DNA of 64,000 bases from Girardia tigrina. Its lineage: Eukaryota. The stretch covers positions 1-64,000 of the forward strand of contig MQRK01214676.1 in NCBI GenBank assembly GCA_001938485.1, given 5' to 3'. Each line of letters starts with the position of its first letter. The stretch's first letter is position 1. The notes under the pieces were generated by a model. The model was not told the origin of the DNA. It did no database searches and worked only from the letters and a program-made list of their open reading frames with translations. This document shows positions 24,901 through 38,700 of this stretch, piece by piece. The position numbers and the translations under genes are program-made.

Positions 24901-25340
24901 AGAAAGTTTCTAGAATATGTGTTATTTGTGCAAAACGGAAGGTACTAATAACACCATCTAAAGAGACATTTTTACCTAGAGATGATAAACCATTATTTGA
25001 AGAAGTTGTAATGGATATTGCACATCTTTTACCTTCTAAAACGGAAAAGAAATATGTACTTGTGATGGTTGATAGATTTAGCAAGGTCGTTGTATTGGTA
25101 CCACTTCGTAATCAAGATGAAAACACATTGATTGCTGCTATTAAAAATAGATGGATTTATCGATTCGGAGAACCCAGATCATTTTTATCAGACAGGGAAA
25201 AACTTTTGAAGGCAACAAGTTGCAGATGTGTAAAACCTTCATTATAACTCAAGAATTTTCGTCTCCGTACCAAAACCAATCCAATGGATTAGAAAGTGCA
25301 CGATTCGTTCATTGCATGATATGGTACATTTTTTTCGAAT
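21960..25340 (+). mobile_element. Ty3/Gypsy internal region (gag-PR-RT-RH-IN), decayed
   Basis: Gag knuckles CFCCGEAGHRRIDC; DSGASVS; RMCFDFRRL, AYYQV, KTAF, FGLCTAPATFQ, VYLDD; integrase MDI...VMVDRFSK...WIYRFGEP...SD. Confidence 0.95.
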
Positions 25341-26796
25341 GAATTAGGTTACAGTTAGGATTATTTAATAAAAAATTTTTTGAACACGAAATAGAAATTT
25401 AAAAAAATGTAGTTAAAGGTTTTTTCAAAGTAATAAAAGTAATGTTGTAAAATTATTTTTAGAAATTCCTAAATTAAAGAAATTATATCTTAAGTATTCG
25501 GATTTATATTTCATTATCTTTGTGTAAAAATAGTTTGTTCAAAAAATATTCATCGAAAAATTGTTCTCAAAAATTTGTTCGAAAAAATGTTATTGTGTTA
25601 TATCAATAAAATTTTGGTGTTATGATTTCAACTTTTGATATCGAAACTAACAATGAAAATGAATGATAGTAATGAAAATCAATACCAAAATGACTTTGGC
25701 GCCCATTGACTTGCACAACAAGCGACACCAATAATGTCACCTTTGAATTAAATTAAATAAGAGCATGTAGACAAATAATCACACAAATATATATTAAATA
25801 TTTCATCAACAGCAATACTAAATAAATTTCACCTGGTTCTTCCAAATTGTCTTAGTAATAATCTATATAGTGAATTTTTAATGTAGTGGAAAGATGTTTT
25901 GCGCAATACCCACTTCAATTTTTTCTCTTAAAAACGATCAAATAGTAAAGTTCAGACAAAAAAATAGTCGACTCTCTCAAAAGCCCAAGAGATTTTGCAA
26001 TCAATTCTCGTAGAAACTCTGAGAGGTTACAAAATAACAGTGATTCTGGGCGTAATTCTTATACAGAACATCAAATGTTGGTACTCAAAGCGAAACGTTC
26101 CGAAAACTCAAATGATAGAAGTAATTCCAAACAAAGATAAGAAAATAAATTTACTTTTTTGTTAAAAAAGAAGAATTAAAATACTAAAAAGGAAAATGTG
26201 AAATACTTTCAGAAATTCGTAGAAGACCTTCGACAGACGTTATAGAAAAGATATTTTGACCAAATTCTTAATTAAAATCTCACATCCTTTGATTATTATT
26301 ATTTAACATATTGGTGTACACTTTTGTCCTGATCTTATCTAAAAATGTAATTTTAACAAACTATTTGATGCTACATAACGGAAGTAAAGACTACTTGTTC
26401 CAGACATTAATATTCGTACAAAAATGTATTTAGATGTTAAGTAGAGTTTTACATTTTGTCTTTATTTGGAAACTGCAATAATTTATTAAACTCTATGTTA
26501 ATATGTTCCTTTTTATAAATAGAAATACGTTTGTCAGTACATCCGTCATTTGCTTTAAAATTAATAAAATATCAAGGCTATAGCCGCCCTATGCGACAAT
26601 GTGTTAAAAAGCAAACATATAAAATCGTATTATATATTAGGTTTGTGAGGGTTGCTTGTAAATAATGTATTATATGATGATATGTATGGTGCAGAGTATG
26701 TTGTTTCTCCCAAAAATAATTGCCAACTGTTAACTAATTAAAATTAAATTACAAAAATCAAATTCGATTATAATTAACAAAAATAGAATTAATTTA

Positions 26797-27416
26797 AAAA
26801 ATAAATATAATATAGTAATAAATTGTATATATTAAATATTATATAATTTATTTAACTAAACTATTTTAAGAATTTGATTTGGCAGTTATTTTAAATTTGA
26901 ATGAAATACAGAAGAAAATTACAGAATTTTTTGTTTTAAATAAATCCTTTGGAAATGGTATTTCGTCTTCTCCTAACAAGGTTATCAAGCAATAATTTAT
27001 AGACATGATTGCACTAAATTCAAGTAGTTAAAATTTTACAATGACTAAACATTTTGTTGCTCAATTACAAAGCAAGAGTAGAGACTGTACTATTTTATAA
27101 ATAAATCTCTAAGCATAAAATATATTTTACCTTAATATGTTTCCTTTTCTAATTATCAGTTATTACTGAACTAAAAAATGTCCCTCTCGTTTCCTTTACC
27201 TTATGTAAAGAAATATAAAAAACCTTTTATTCTTATGTGATCTTACTGGACATTGTAAAAGTTTACTGTAATACCTCACGATATCACTCAGTTACTCTGG
27301 TCCAGTACCATTTAGGGGGCTTTTCTCTAACCTGCCACCTCATAATGGTTAATCCAGAGCAACCATTACAAAATAAAAATAAATATAATATAGTAATAAA
27401 TTGTATATATTAAATA
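26797..27416 (+). repeat. Identical ~42-bp direct repeat (~26797 and ~27375)
   Basis: aaaaataaatataatatagtaataaattgtatatattaaata occurs twice. Confidence 0.7.
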
Positions 27417-29003
27417 ATTATTAATTATAATCAGTAACATATATGATAATTAATGAAATATTTTAAAATTTAAAATTCAAAATAATTAATTACCTGGCAA
27501 CTAATAAATTTGGCGACTAGATAATTTTTTCCGTTTGTCTAATCCAACAACCGAACCTATTACAATTCTTAAATTATCAAATTACTCAACGAAAGGCTTT
27601 CTGATAAGCTATAATTACGAATTATTGTCAAATGTATTCGATTTCCTCTGAAGTCCAATTTCACGAATCATTACTGAACAACATCAGTTCTGTTTGCAAA
27701 CAAATCAACAAACGAATTTTGAATCATTTATAAACAAGTCGTCGAGCTATTTTCAAACAGCGTCAACACTATTTACGAATGGTACAACAAACGAATTTTG
27801 AATCACTTTTTAACTACTCAACAAACTTTTTACTGACAATCTCTCATTTAGACATACTAAGTAACTAATAATTTATTTTATTTCCCCTCAGAATTCATTA
27901 TTTCCTTTTTTGTGATCATCTAATTATCTCTGTTTTTATCTGTCCGTTAAAGTGTTAATATAATTTTACTAATTATTTGTATTATTATATTAATAGTGAA
28001 TTTAGGACATATATTAATTATTTCTAAGTTTTTCTATAATATTTTTACTATATTTAATTCTAAGCTCAAATTGTTAAAAATTTCAAATTTAAGTCATATA
28101 TTCAAATATTTTTTGCCGGATTTCCTTTCCGTTTGTTTTGGAAGCCCCATGGAACATGAAACCAAAATATTCTTAAGTAAAGAATGGAATTTTTAAATTA
28201 AAAAACAAATACATATTGAAAGATGTGACATCAAAGAGTCTTCGCGACAATTTATAATTCAAAATTTACCTCAATTAATTATTCAATTATCATTAAAATT
28301 TATTTTATAATATTATTTATTTGGATCAAGTATCACAAGTCAGAATTTGGGGAATCAGATATTAATAATTACACATTAACATAATATTATCTATTCCTCC
28401 GAGTCCTCCTTCAGTTCCTTTATGATGACATAAATATTATTTTTATTTTCTCTCGTTTAGGTCGTTCTGTATTATCTCATATCGCGGAGTCCTCAATAAT
28501 TAATTAATTAACTTTAATTACTATTTAAAATTATTTTATTAAATTATTATAAAATTAAATTATTATGCGTTACAAAAGACTGTTCGGTATTTCAGTAGAT
28601 TTCACACACACATGTGAGGAGAGAACGTTGTGTCAGTTACTACGTGGACACACACACATCCCATCATACACACACAATACACACATTTGATTGATGCATG
28701 ACTGAGATTTAAACCTGTCAAAAAAGTTTTTTTCAAAAAATTAAATCTGTCGTTATAAATTATAAAATTGATTTATTAAACGAAATCGCTTTCTTTTAAA
28801 TACTTGATAAATAATATAGGATGATCAAGGCACCCATGGGGTCTCGCTTCAAGTGTGAGGGGGTTGACTGTTTCTTGGTTGTAATGCCACTTTTTGATGT
28901 TTTGTTATATCAAATTCTAATAAAAACAATAATTATTTTATTAAATTCACATCTTTCATTTATTCTAATAATTTGAGAACCACAATATTTGGTCTAACAG
29001 AAA

Positions 29004-29499
29004 CATAGGTGCAAACAGGATTTTTTCCAGGGGACAAAAAAATTTTCCATAGGTAGAATTTTTATAAGGAGGGGCAAAATTTAAAATTTCTTAAAAAAAT
29101 TATTTAGTTTTGTTCTCATCAAATTCAAAATTATAAAAAATCACATTGATAAACAACAACATGTACAATAAACAACATTACAAAGAAAATATGCAAATTG
29201 ATTGTTATCAGATCAGGCATGTTTGTTCAAAGGTATTTGTCATAGGATATTGTTCATAAATAATTTTTTATACATAAACTTTGAGTAAAAGTCTTTATGA
29301 AAATAGTCTTTAATTCGTTGTTATTCATTTATTTGATTAATAATCTATTTTTGAATAGAATTTTCGGAATGTACTTTTTCTCAGCCTATTTATCTAACAT
29401 ATGTTTTTAGCATCAAATTATAATTTTCCAATTTCTTAGTGAAATATTTTTTTTCAATTTTTTTTAAAAATAATAATTTTTCCCCTGTGGACGCCAATG
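29004..29499. mobile_element. hAT-type MITE
   Basis: Imperfect TIRs CATAGGTGCAAACAGG and (reverse complement) CATTGGCGTCCACAGG; 8-bp TSD aacagaaa/aaaagaaa. Confidence 0.65.
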
Positions 29500-30758
29500 A
29501 AAAGAAATACAATTCTATTTTGGGGGGCCTAATCATGGTTTTTTTTAACATACGACGCGCCGGCCGTCGTAAATAGTTCTAAAACGTAGCACCATACGAC
29601 GGCAGGCCATCGAAAATGTATATTGTAATTACATGTTATTTATTTTTTTCTGTTCCATTCTAACATGATTTAAATATTAGTACTGGCTCCTAAGATATAA
29701 TAATGGTGTGAGAAGTGGTTGCAACCTCTATATCAGAATTCATTTTTTTTAAACACCAAAATTTATTACTATAACAAGTCACATTTCTAAAACAAATTTT
29801 CCTGCTAATTTAATTTAATTATCTCGACCCAAATTAATCTATTAAATTCTTTTCGATTTAATTTTTAAAATCCTGAAAATTTATTTCAAAAAATTATTTA
29901 AACTTTATTTTCAAAATTAATTTTTAAAATTGCTTATTAAAAATATTTTTATTNNNNNNNNNNNNNNNNNNNNNNNNNNNNNNNNNNNNNNNNNNNNNNN
30001 NNNTTGACATTTTTAATTTTAAGATATTTAATATTATTTAGATACATTAAAGATATTTTTTATTTTTAAATAAATATTTTACTTTTTTATGATTTTCTTT
30101 CATTATATAATTTTTAATTTTTTAAAATATTTAATAAACAAATTAATATAAAAATATTTTACCCTTTTAATTAAAAAAAATAATAAACTATTCAGGCGAG
30201 ATAAAAATTTAAAATTAACCCCTCGTAAACGGTACAAATAAAAATGTGACAGCTAACGTATTAAAATTGAAATAGAAATGTTCCAGCAATAATAATAATA
30301 AATATTAATAATATTTCAGGGTCAATGATTCCTTTTTTTGGTCGGTGAAATATTTTGGATCCTCACTTTTATCTTTATTTCATATTTAAAATAATAAAAC
30401 TTTGAAATTATTTTATATTCCCTTCAAAATTTTTTAAAGATTAAAATGGATAGAGATATTTATCAATATTACTAGTAATATATAATATTTTTATTCTGTA
30501 TGATTTCTTCCCCCCATAAATCTTTCAGTGTCCTAATTTTACCCTCCCCCCCTCGAGAAGTTATGAAAGAAAATGTGATTAAATATGATAAAATAATAAC
30601 TTCTTCTAAATTTAAAATTAACATTAAAAACAAATTTAAATTAATATAAAAATTAAGAAAATTATTTTTTTTATAGAAATCGTCTCTGCTCATAAAACAA
30701 AAAAAATAAATAAATTAAAAACGATTCCGAGCGATTGGAAAATCATGAAATAATTTTG

Positions 30759-30990
30759 ATCAGTGAAGTGGTAGGCCTGACAAAGGCAAAGTTAGTGGTA
30801 GGTCGCAATGGTTATTTCATCGGCCCGGGTGGATTAATCACCCTGCCAATAGTGGGTGGCGGGCACTAACATTAAGACATTACCTACCAGGACGCCTACT
30901 CAATCTATGCGCCACTTTAACTCAGCTGTGTGAGCACTGATGTAGAAAAGCGACACAGGTCACTAGCTCGCCACGCCTATTAAGGGGGTT
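30759..30990. other. GC-rich, extensively self-complementary element upstream of Runx (SINE-like or structured RNA)
   Basis: Nested inverted matches atcagtg/cactgat, aagtgg/ccactt, gtaggc/gcctac, gttagtg/cactaac, gcccg/cgggc, gggtg/caccc. Confidence 0.35.
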
Positions 30991-31239
30991 ATATAATCAT
31001 TATATATATTTATATTTGTGTGTGTAAAACTTTCATCATCAATTGATCCGCATTGTCAATGCCACCGCGCAGCTGACTCCCATTAGCATCAACTGTTTCC
31101 TCTTCAACCAACCAATGGGAATTTGAGTTTATGTATACTCAAATAAAAGAGAACTTGTGTTTTTTAATTGGCCAATTTTCCTCTCTGCGGGAGTTTACGT
31201 TTACTCAAAATAGACCGGTCTAATTGTTCACCATCAGTC

Positions 31240-32247
31240 ATGAACCAGCGGTTAAATTTTACCACGAATTTAACGAAATCGAAATACAAATTAGTTTCAT
31301 CGGTTTCCAATGAGAAAATTGTTTCCACGTCTCATCCGATGGTTTTCTGTTCGAAACTACCGTTGCATTGGAGGTCGAACAAGTCTCTGCCTTCTCTGTT
31401 TCAGGTGATTTTGTGTCAAAATAAAAACCTGGCTTTACCGTCGTTGGACGGTTATCGGGTGTGGTTGTCGGCTGGTAACCAGTCGGTCAATAATGCGATT
31501 TTACGCAACAATGAATCGAAGCTGATCAACGGCGAGGCAAGATTTAATGATCTGAGATTCATCAGCCGAAGTGGAAGAGGTTGGATTTTTTATAAATATT
31601 CATATGATAATTATATTATTTAGGGAAGTATTTTGATGTTTATATACATATCGAATGTAATCCGAAAATTGTCGCCGTATACTCGAACGCCATTAAAGTA
31701 ACAGTTGACGGACCGAGAGAACCGAGAAATAAACACAGTAATATTTTTTTTATATTTTACTATTATAAATAAAACTTATTTTAATTAAGAAGGTCTTTAT
31801 TTAACAAAAGAATCATTAAAAATTCCCAATTTTGTAAGAAGACAAGAATCAGAATCTGGAATTTGTTTCAATCCCCTTCCAGAAATTGAAGACCCTTCAA
31901 AACCGTGGAAATTACCAAAATTAGATCAAAATAATTATTCCGGTAATATAACAATTTTTGATTTTTTTCTTTTTATTTAATATTTAGAACTCAATTTCTG
32001 TGACAGTAAATTAATCCCTCTGATGTCCCCACCAATTTTGAACCCTTTTCTTCAACCTTCCCTATCAAACTGGCACGCCACATTACCCCTTCAGAAACCC
32101 GACAACATTTCCATCTTACAGTTTATGATGATGGCCACCAATTTCCGGATGAATATTCCGTATCTGGAAATGAACAGCTCAAACCAAAATTATCCCATCA
32201 AAGAAAGTGATAATATCCACAAACCGAAGATCTGGAGACCCTTCTGA
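31240..32247 (+). CDS. runx: Runt-domain transcription factor; exons 31240-31579, 31624-31737, 31790-31942, 31988-32247; 288 aa
   Basis: FCSKLPLHWRSNKSLP...AGN...LRNN...ARFNDLRFISRSGRG^KYF...AIKVTVDGPREPR, C-terminal IWRPF*. Three GT-AG phase-1 introns give an 867-nt open frame, and the first intron is at the conserved RSGRG position. Confidence 0.97.
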
Positions 32248-33717
32248 AAAAGATTTTATTAAATAAAATGTTCTTTTTTTTCGTGTATTTTGTTACATAT
32301 CATAATTTATTATAATTTATTATTCGCAAAATAAATCCATATAAAAAAGAGATAAATAATAATGGATAAAATCATAAAAAATGTCATATTTTAATTATGT
32401 CATTCTAAAAGTCTCTATGACATAACATAGAAAACGGGGGTAATTTATTAAAATGAAAAAAATATTTTAATTAATTTAAAATATTCTAAAAATTAATGTA
32501 ATTAATTAAAATTAATTAATTTAAAAATTAAAAAAAATCACAAATTTAACATTAATTAATTTTAAATTTTAAAATCCAAATTTATGATTTATTTTATTGA
32601 TATAATTAATCTGTATAATTTTTATTTATATTAAAAAAAAACAACTTGAATTTCTTTATTTTCCTAAAAGCAAATAAAATCACTAATAATACCCAAAAAA
32701 GTTCTCTTAATCCCATAAATGAAGGTGGTAATTAAATAGTCAAAGGAAAAAAGACATTAAAAATCCCATGGACAAATAAGTTCCACTATTAATTAAAGAA
32801 TCTTTTTTCAATAAAATCCATCTTGGTAGGTGAGACAAATATAATCTTAATTCTACAAGAAAAAAAACGAAAGTAAAAAACTTCATATATCGTACATTAG
32901 TTCTCTTTTTCGTCAACTCTACATCCTCCGTGTGGTGATTTGTTGGGAATTAGTAAAGGTAAAAATCAGATTGGTATTTTCAGAGAGCATATTTAAAAAG
33001 AATGTAAGTACTACAAATGAGTTACTTGCTCAAGAGGTTTGATAATCCAATAATGGGTCCGGATCGTGGCCGTTACTTGTGGGAACCAATCTCAATGAAA
33101 CTAATCCTATTTGGAAAAAAGCTCATTTCTGCTAATGAGTCGTAATGTACCAATTCCGCTGAGAGAAGAGTTTATTAGATTATGCTGCTTGTGTTGTTAG
33201 AGGATGGCTGAGACCAGAATTAGGCTCTTCCTGTGTCTTCTTTTTGTTTGTGAGTTTGCTGCCTATTCACCTTTCGTGTGAAGATTACTATTTGAATATC
33301 AGCCTGATCTGAAGAGATCAAGAAGAATTTATAATAAATCGATTTTTGTACGAACTGTGGTGATCATTAGGAATAATAGATCAATCTCGAGGAAAATCTT
33401 TTTTTCATCTTTATACCAGAAATTAATTTTTAGAATTAATTATGAAATATTTATTTTAAGTGAAAGTATTTTTTTTATTTAGTCAATTAAAAATGGTATT
33501 AATTTTATTTTTTTTAATTTTAGTTGATTAGAAATTTGATTTTCAATCTCAACTTGTCGGATTAATGATTTAATTAATTTATTAATTAAATTTTTATTTA
33601 TTTTAATTAAATATAATTATTATTTTGGGGTTTTTTAATTAAAGATCTTTAAATTATAATAATATAGTAAATATTTCCTCTCCATGACTGATTCTTGTAA
33701 TTATATAAAATTATGTA

Positions 33718-33957
33718 CAATGTGCTCAGTATAAAAACAAAGGATTTTATGAAACCAAAGTGTATATTGTTAAACACGTGATAAAGGTAAACAAATTTTC
33801 CACATATTCCATAGTATTGCAACAATGATGCAGGATATTTTGAACACCTCTGAACAGCAAGCTTATTTTTGTAAATATAATTGTTTCTCTATATCACTAG
33901 TTTAATTAAATACATTTTGGTTTCATAAAATCATTTGGTTTTCTACTGAGCACACTG
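33718..33957. mobile_element. Tc1/mariner-type MITE (240 bp)
   Basis: TA-CAATGTGCTCAGTA...gattttatgaaaccaaa / tttggtttcataaaatc...TACTGAGCACACTG-TA. Confidence 0.85.
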
Positions 33958-35642
33958 TATATCAAATTTCCATATTGTGTTGGTATATCATATAATTATG
34001 TACTGTATTATTGTATTATTACTATCTTATATTATTTTAAATTAATTAACTTTAAAAATAATTCACATAATGACTTATATATCGCTGTGAGAATTCAAAA
34101 AATAAAAATTAAAAAAAATCATTTAATAATAATTTGATATTATTTTGGGTTTGATATTATTTGAGTACTTATAAAAAAGAAAAAACAAAAGGTATGAAAC
34201 TGTTTAATTCCAATAATTATTTTAATTAATATTATCATTTATGTATATTATTTTTTTCCATCACGAACTCTGAGTGAACCTGACATTAAAATATTATCAC
34301 TATCTTGAATTCCGAAAGTAATTTATTTGTTATTTTTATCCTCCATCACTTTTTTCTACTTTTTGTTATTCTTTTGAATCTTCTTTTTATTCTTTCCGTT
34401 AATTATGTTAATTAATATAACTATTATTATACAATCATAATTTTTTATTTTACATGTAAGAGATAGCTTACATATATACGACATCCTTCTTGATCTTTCC
34501 GCTCATTTTCACAGTTCTCTTTTTGCTATTTCTTCAAATGAATGTGTCGAAGATATAGAAAATGTTATATTATAATGTTAATAACATCGGACGCGACGTA
34601 TAAATTCTGGTTTTCAAACATATGGGTTACATTTAAAAAAGAATAAAAATACTTTAAGATATTTTTATGACATTACAGAATCCGAGTTACTATAACTGAT
34701 GTAGGTAAATCGAACTAAAAGAAGAGTGTTCCTCTGACACTCATTGCGCAACACTGTTTTAGTAAAGAAGAATTATTTGTGTAATCACAGTCGTCATTCG
34801 ACTTTCAAGTCATAAAATTTATCTTTCTGATAATCAGATTTAAAACCGTTTTCTAGTAAGTATTAATAAAACCGATATAAAATATCACGAAAATAGTTGT
34901 GGGTTTCATTTTGTTTACAAGAAAATAGAGATATTTGAAGGGAGTGTCACAAAAGTGATGATTATTCCCGTAACGGAGATAAAGATTGAGGCTGAATCAC
35001 TCAACCGGTACAATTACTATTTGTAAACAAACCGTGAGCAATCAGGAAATAAGTACTATTACGCCGGGTGTTGGCAGGTTGACGTTAAAGACATCTCTTT
35101 TGAGCCGAATACGTGGGTTGACACTGTTTACTTTCTCGGAGTTATCCATCCATGCTTTTTTTCAATATTATCTAATTTATTGTTAAATTTACTTTAATTA
35201 TTTAACTTTAAATTATTATAAAATTTTAATGACATCGCTTTTGACGTATGCGATACCTCTGATGCCTTGACCTATCCGAGAGGTTACAAAGATAAATTTA
35301 TTTATAAGCTTCTAAATAGTAAAGAGATTAATATTTTCCTATCATTATTATTATTAACATTTATAATGGAAACGACAAATCCATTTCTTTCTCATGCTTT
35401 AAAACCATAAATATAATAAATATTCAGAGTCATTTAAGTATCAAAGTTGCGAAACTGTAAATAAAGGTTAACACGGCGCCCATTTTAAGACACTAATTCC
35501 TATCAATTCGATTTGTTCTGACTTCATTGTTTTGCGGGACCCTATCGAATTACTACGGCTAAAAAAATCAAGTCGATTGGAATTTTTCTTAAAATTTGTG
35601 CGGTTAAAATTGTTAGCGGTTAAAACACACCGGGTGTTTTTA

Positions 35643-36176
35643 TTTTACCACGTTTTTATTAGCTTGCTTTCTTGTCTGTTTGTCTGTCTGGAACAAATCT
35701 TGCGATTGATTTTTCGACCACTTTCAGTCATCCAATTGAGCCGAATTTTTTTATACAGGCTTACTTCCGATGACAATACAATATTTTAAAACATTTACGG
35801 CTCTACATAAACCGTATATGCTATAATTAAATAGCTTATGTCTTATACGGGAAAATAATCCGTGTTAATGATGTACGGAAAAAATTAATAAATTGAACAA
35901 ATATTGTGAAAATCAAGTGGTAATTAAGTGTAGAAGTATTAAAATTAGGTTTAAAAAGTTTTATTTTGGTTTTATTATCATTTCTGTTATTCAAAATCAA
36001 TCGAACGATTTGAATTCCTATATGATAACTAAAAATAGTTAAATAATATTATTAATAAAAAAAATTTTTTTATAAAAACAACCACGTTTTTCAAGCATTA
36101 CCAATAAAAAGAGGAAAATAATTTTTTTTCTAGACATGTGAGAAATTTTATACCTAACCAAAAACGTGGGGCATAG
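35643..36176 (+). mobile_element. Non-autonomous Helentron/DINE-1-like element, near-complete copy
   Basis: 5' TTTTACCACGTTTT plus GTCT repeats; 3' subterminal inverted AAAACGTGG at ~36162; matches 11871-12230. Confidence 0.75.
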
Positions 36177-36373
36177 NNNNNNNNNNNNNNNNNNNNNNNN
36201 NNNNNNNNNNNNNNNNNNNNNNNNNNTTCAGAAATCCGCCCCACGTTTTTGGTTAGGTATAAAATTTCTCACATGTCTAGAAAAAAAATTATTTTCCTCT
36301 TTTTAGTGCATTGGTAATGCTTGAAAAACGTGGTTGTTTTTATAAGAAATTTTTTTTATTAATAATATTATTT
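36042..36373. repeat. ~130-bp inverted repeat flanking the N gap at 36177-36226
   Basis: 36042-36172 is the reverse complement of 36238-36373 apart from a 5-nt indel and a few substitutions. Confidence 0.85.
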
Positions 36374-37369
36374 TTTAATAGTGTTAAGACACGGGGTAAA
36401 GGAGAAACACTTTCCTTTACTTGGCTATTGTGCTCAACAAAAGAAGATGAACAATCTTCTATTTATTTATTAAATCTCTTACAGAATTGCTTAAATGATA
36501 TCCTCTGAAGTTACTCTCTTCAATTAAAACTTAACCAAATGATCAATAATTTTTTACAATTATTAATTATATCAATAATGCAAAACAACAATAATTTTAT
36601 ATAAGATTTATTGATAATATAAACAATTTATTACAACTTAATTCAAAAGAAACAAATAATACAAATATCCTATGTGTGAAGTATACTTAGATCGCTTTGA
36701 AATCACCGTTTCGAAGCGTCTATCAGGTTGATAAATAATGATTATTATTTTATTATAATAGGGATTAACGTATCAATTTTAATTTATTTAATTTAAGAAA
36801 ATTTAATTATTTTATTAAAGAGCAAATGAAAATAAAATCAAGTAATCACCAGAAGAAAATCGGTTCGTCAGACTGTAATGATGCAATATTAGAAATTCCC
36901 CAAGGGTTAGACTACAGTATACGAGCGTCACTTTCACCAAAAGAAACTCTGTCCGAAATATCTGTTGAAAATCTCCACACGGTCAAATTGGGTTGAGGCT
37001 TATCTCAAATAATCGGAGAGATATAAGAGATATAACCAATATAAATAATTCAATTAAATCCATAACACAGCAATTCATCAAGATCAAAAATATAATAATA
37101 AACTTCACATAACAAACATAATATTTACAGTTGTAATAAAAAATAAAATTTATAAAGCGAATTGTATTTACACAAACCCCAACAATAGTTAAAATCCTTT
37201 CGACAGTATCTTTTTTTCTTTTTATCTTCTTTATAATAATTTAGCTTTTGTTGTTTCCCCCAACGACGATCGTGAATATTTTAGCTATCAGTAATGTCAG
37301 TATTTTCATTAAATTTTTAGATTAACCCTCATAAGGTCATGGATTTTTTTAACCCAAGTTGAAATTAAT

Positions 37370-37513
37370 TTTATTGCAACTCAGAAAGTTGTGAGCCGAT
37401 CGAGCTGATTATTTTCAGAAATCATGTTAGGAAAGTTAGGAAATCTGATAGAAAGTTACAAATCCTCAAAACCGAACAACTCGATCGGCTCACAACTTTC
37501 GGAGTATCAATAA
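37370..37513. repeat. Inverted repeat with a perfect 21-bp core (37384-37404 / 37480-37500), probably a MITE interior
   Basis: gaaagttgtgagccgatcgag ... ctcgatcggctcacaactttc. Confidence 0.8.
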
Positions 37514-37632
37514 ACAATCAGTTTCTATCCCGGAATTCTTTCAGATCGTTCTGGTTATCCATTTAAGAAAATCTTTAAAATACTGAAGGATTGGGGTATT
37601 CTGAGAGCATCTAGGGGGTAGTCGGTCATCAC

Positions 37633-38700
37633 CAGGGACACGACATTTCCGCAGTAAATTTTAGTGGAATCAACGTCACATTTTCACGGAATCCGCGGTA
37701 AATTTTTGCATTTCCCGCGGTTATACTTTATATATTCTGTTTATTTCATTTTGGTGCATAAATACGCACTGTGCATGGATTTATGTTATCTATATAGTTA
37801 TTTTCATCCATATTGTTAAGTAACTTAAATAATTTTTTATCTATGACTATAAACATTCACACAATACAATAAAAAAATCTCATATGACTAATATAGTTAT
37901 ATATGTTTTCCATAAAAAGGCATAATTTACTACTAAAACTTTATTTAAATACATTCGCAAAAGACCTGCGGTATTTTTCGGAGTCAATCGCTGTCTGAGA
38001 GAGGTAAACACTTGGTTGAAAGTACTGAATGACCGTTCCACATCACCACTGTGGACATTGAACTGTAGAAGTAAAACATCATGCGCAAAAAAATTGGGAA
38101 CATGATTTTGAACAGCTTTCCAAAACTGTAAGGGATTGGTAAAACTTGTGCTGATATCTTGAACTAATCGAAGGTAAACTATCCACTCTTCATCGCAAGT
38201 GTCATGAAGTCTAAAATCTGCCTTCAATACTGTGCAGGAGGAAACTTCGACCGCTGGTAACTGAGAATGCACACAGTCTTTAAGAAACGAATGCATGACT
38301 GCTTTTCTTCCTGCATATACCCTTTCAATTTCAGTGCTTCCGCAGAAGCGACAGAAGCGCAATTTTCGTCAATAGCTGAAGAAGAAAGGTGGATAAGCCA
38401 AGAAGTCAAGTCTTGCATTAGGTTATAAACCTCGTGGACTTGAGGCTTTCGTGATTTGCACACATTCAGTGCAGCGATCAAGCGGGGACAGTTGGAAGCG
38501 AAGAAAGTGAAATGATCACTTAGACTGCTTGATGAAAGAAGATACGATACCTCCAACAAAGCTGCGCTGTCTCCTTCTTCCTCACGCTCCTTGCAAATGA
38601 AGGCAGAATAATACGGAATGAAGGATATGTGGTAAAGGACTGCTTCAAACCACGTGTTCCATCGTGTTAAAACATGTTCTGGAGGAAGAGAATGTAATTA
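37633..38700 (-). mobile_element. hAT transposon 3' half
   Basis: PPEHVLTRWNTWFEAV; dimerisation domain FW...P...SGDVERSFSTFNQVFTSLRQRLTPKN; frameshift near 38290; terminus CAGGGACACG with CCGCGG subterminal motifs. Confidence 0.9.

Noticed and set aside
29546-30265. piggyBac-like TTAA-bounded element
   Set aside because: The candidate ends do not match well as TIRs, and a gap interrupts the region.
31168-31239. Track start for the Runx ORF at 31168
   Set aside because: That codon is TTG; the first in-frame ATG is at 31240, although an upstream exon cannot be excluded.
33040-33135. GSWPLLVGTNLNETNPIW resembling neprilysin GGWP
   Set aside because: Short, ends in a stop, and has no supporting exons or M13 motifs.
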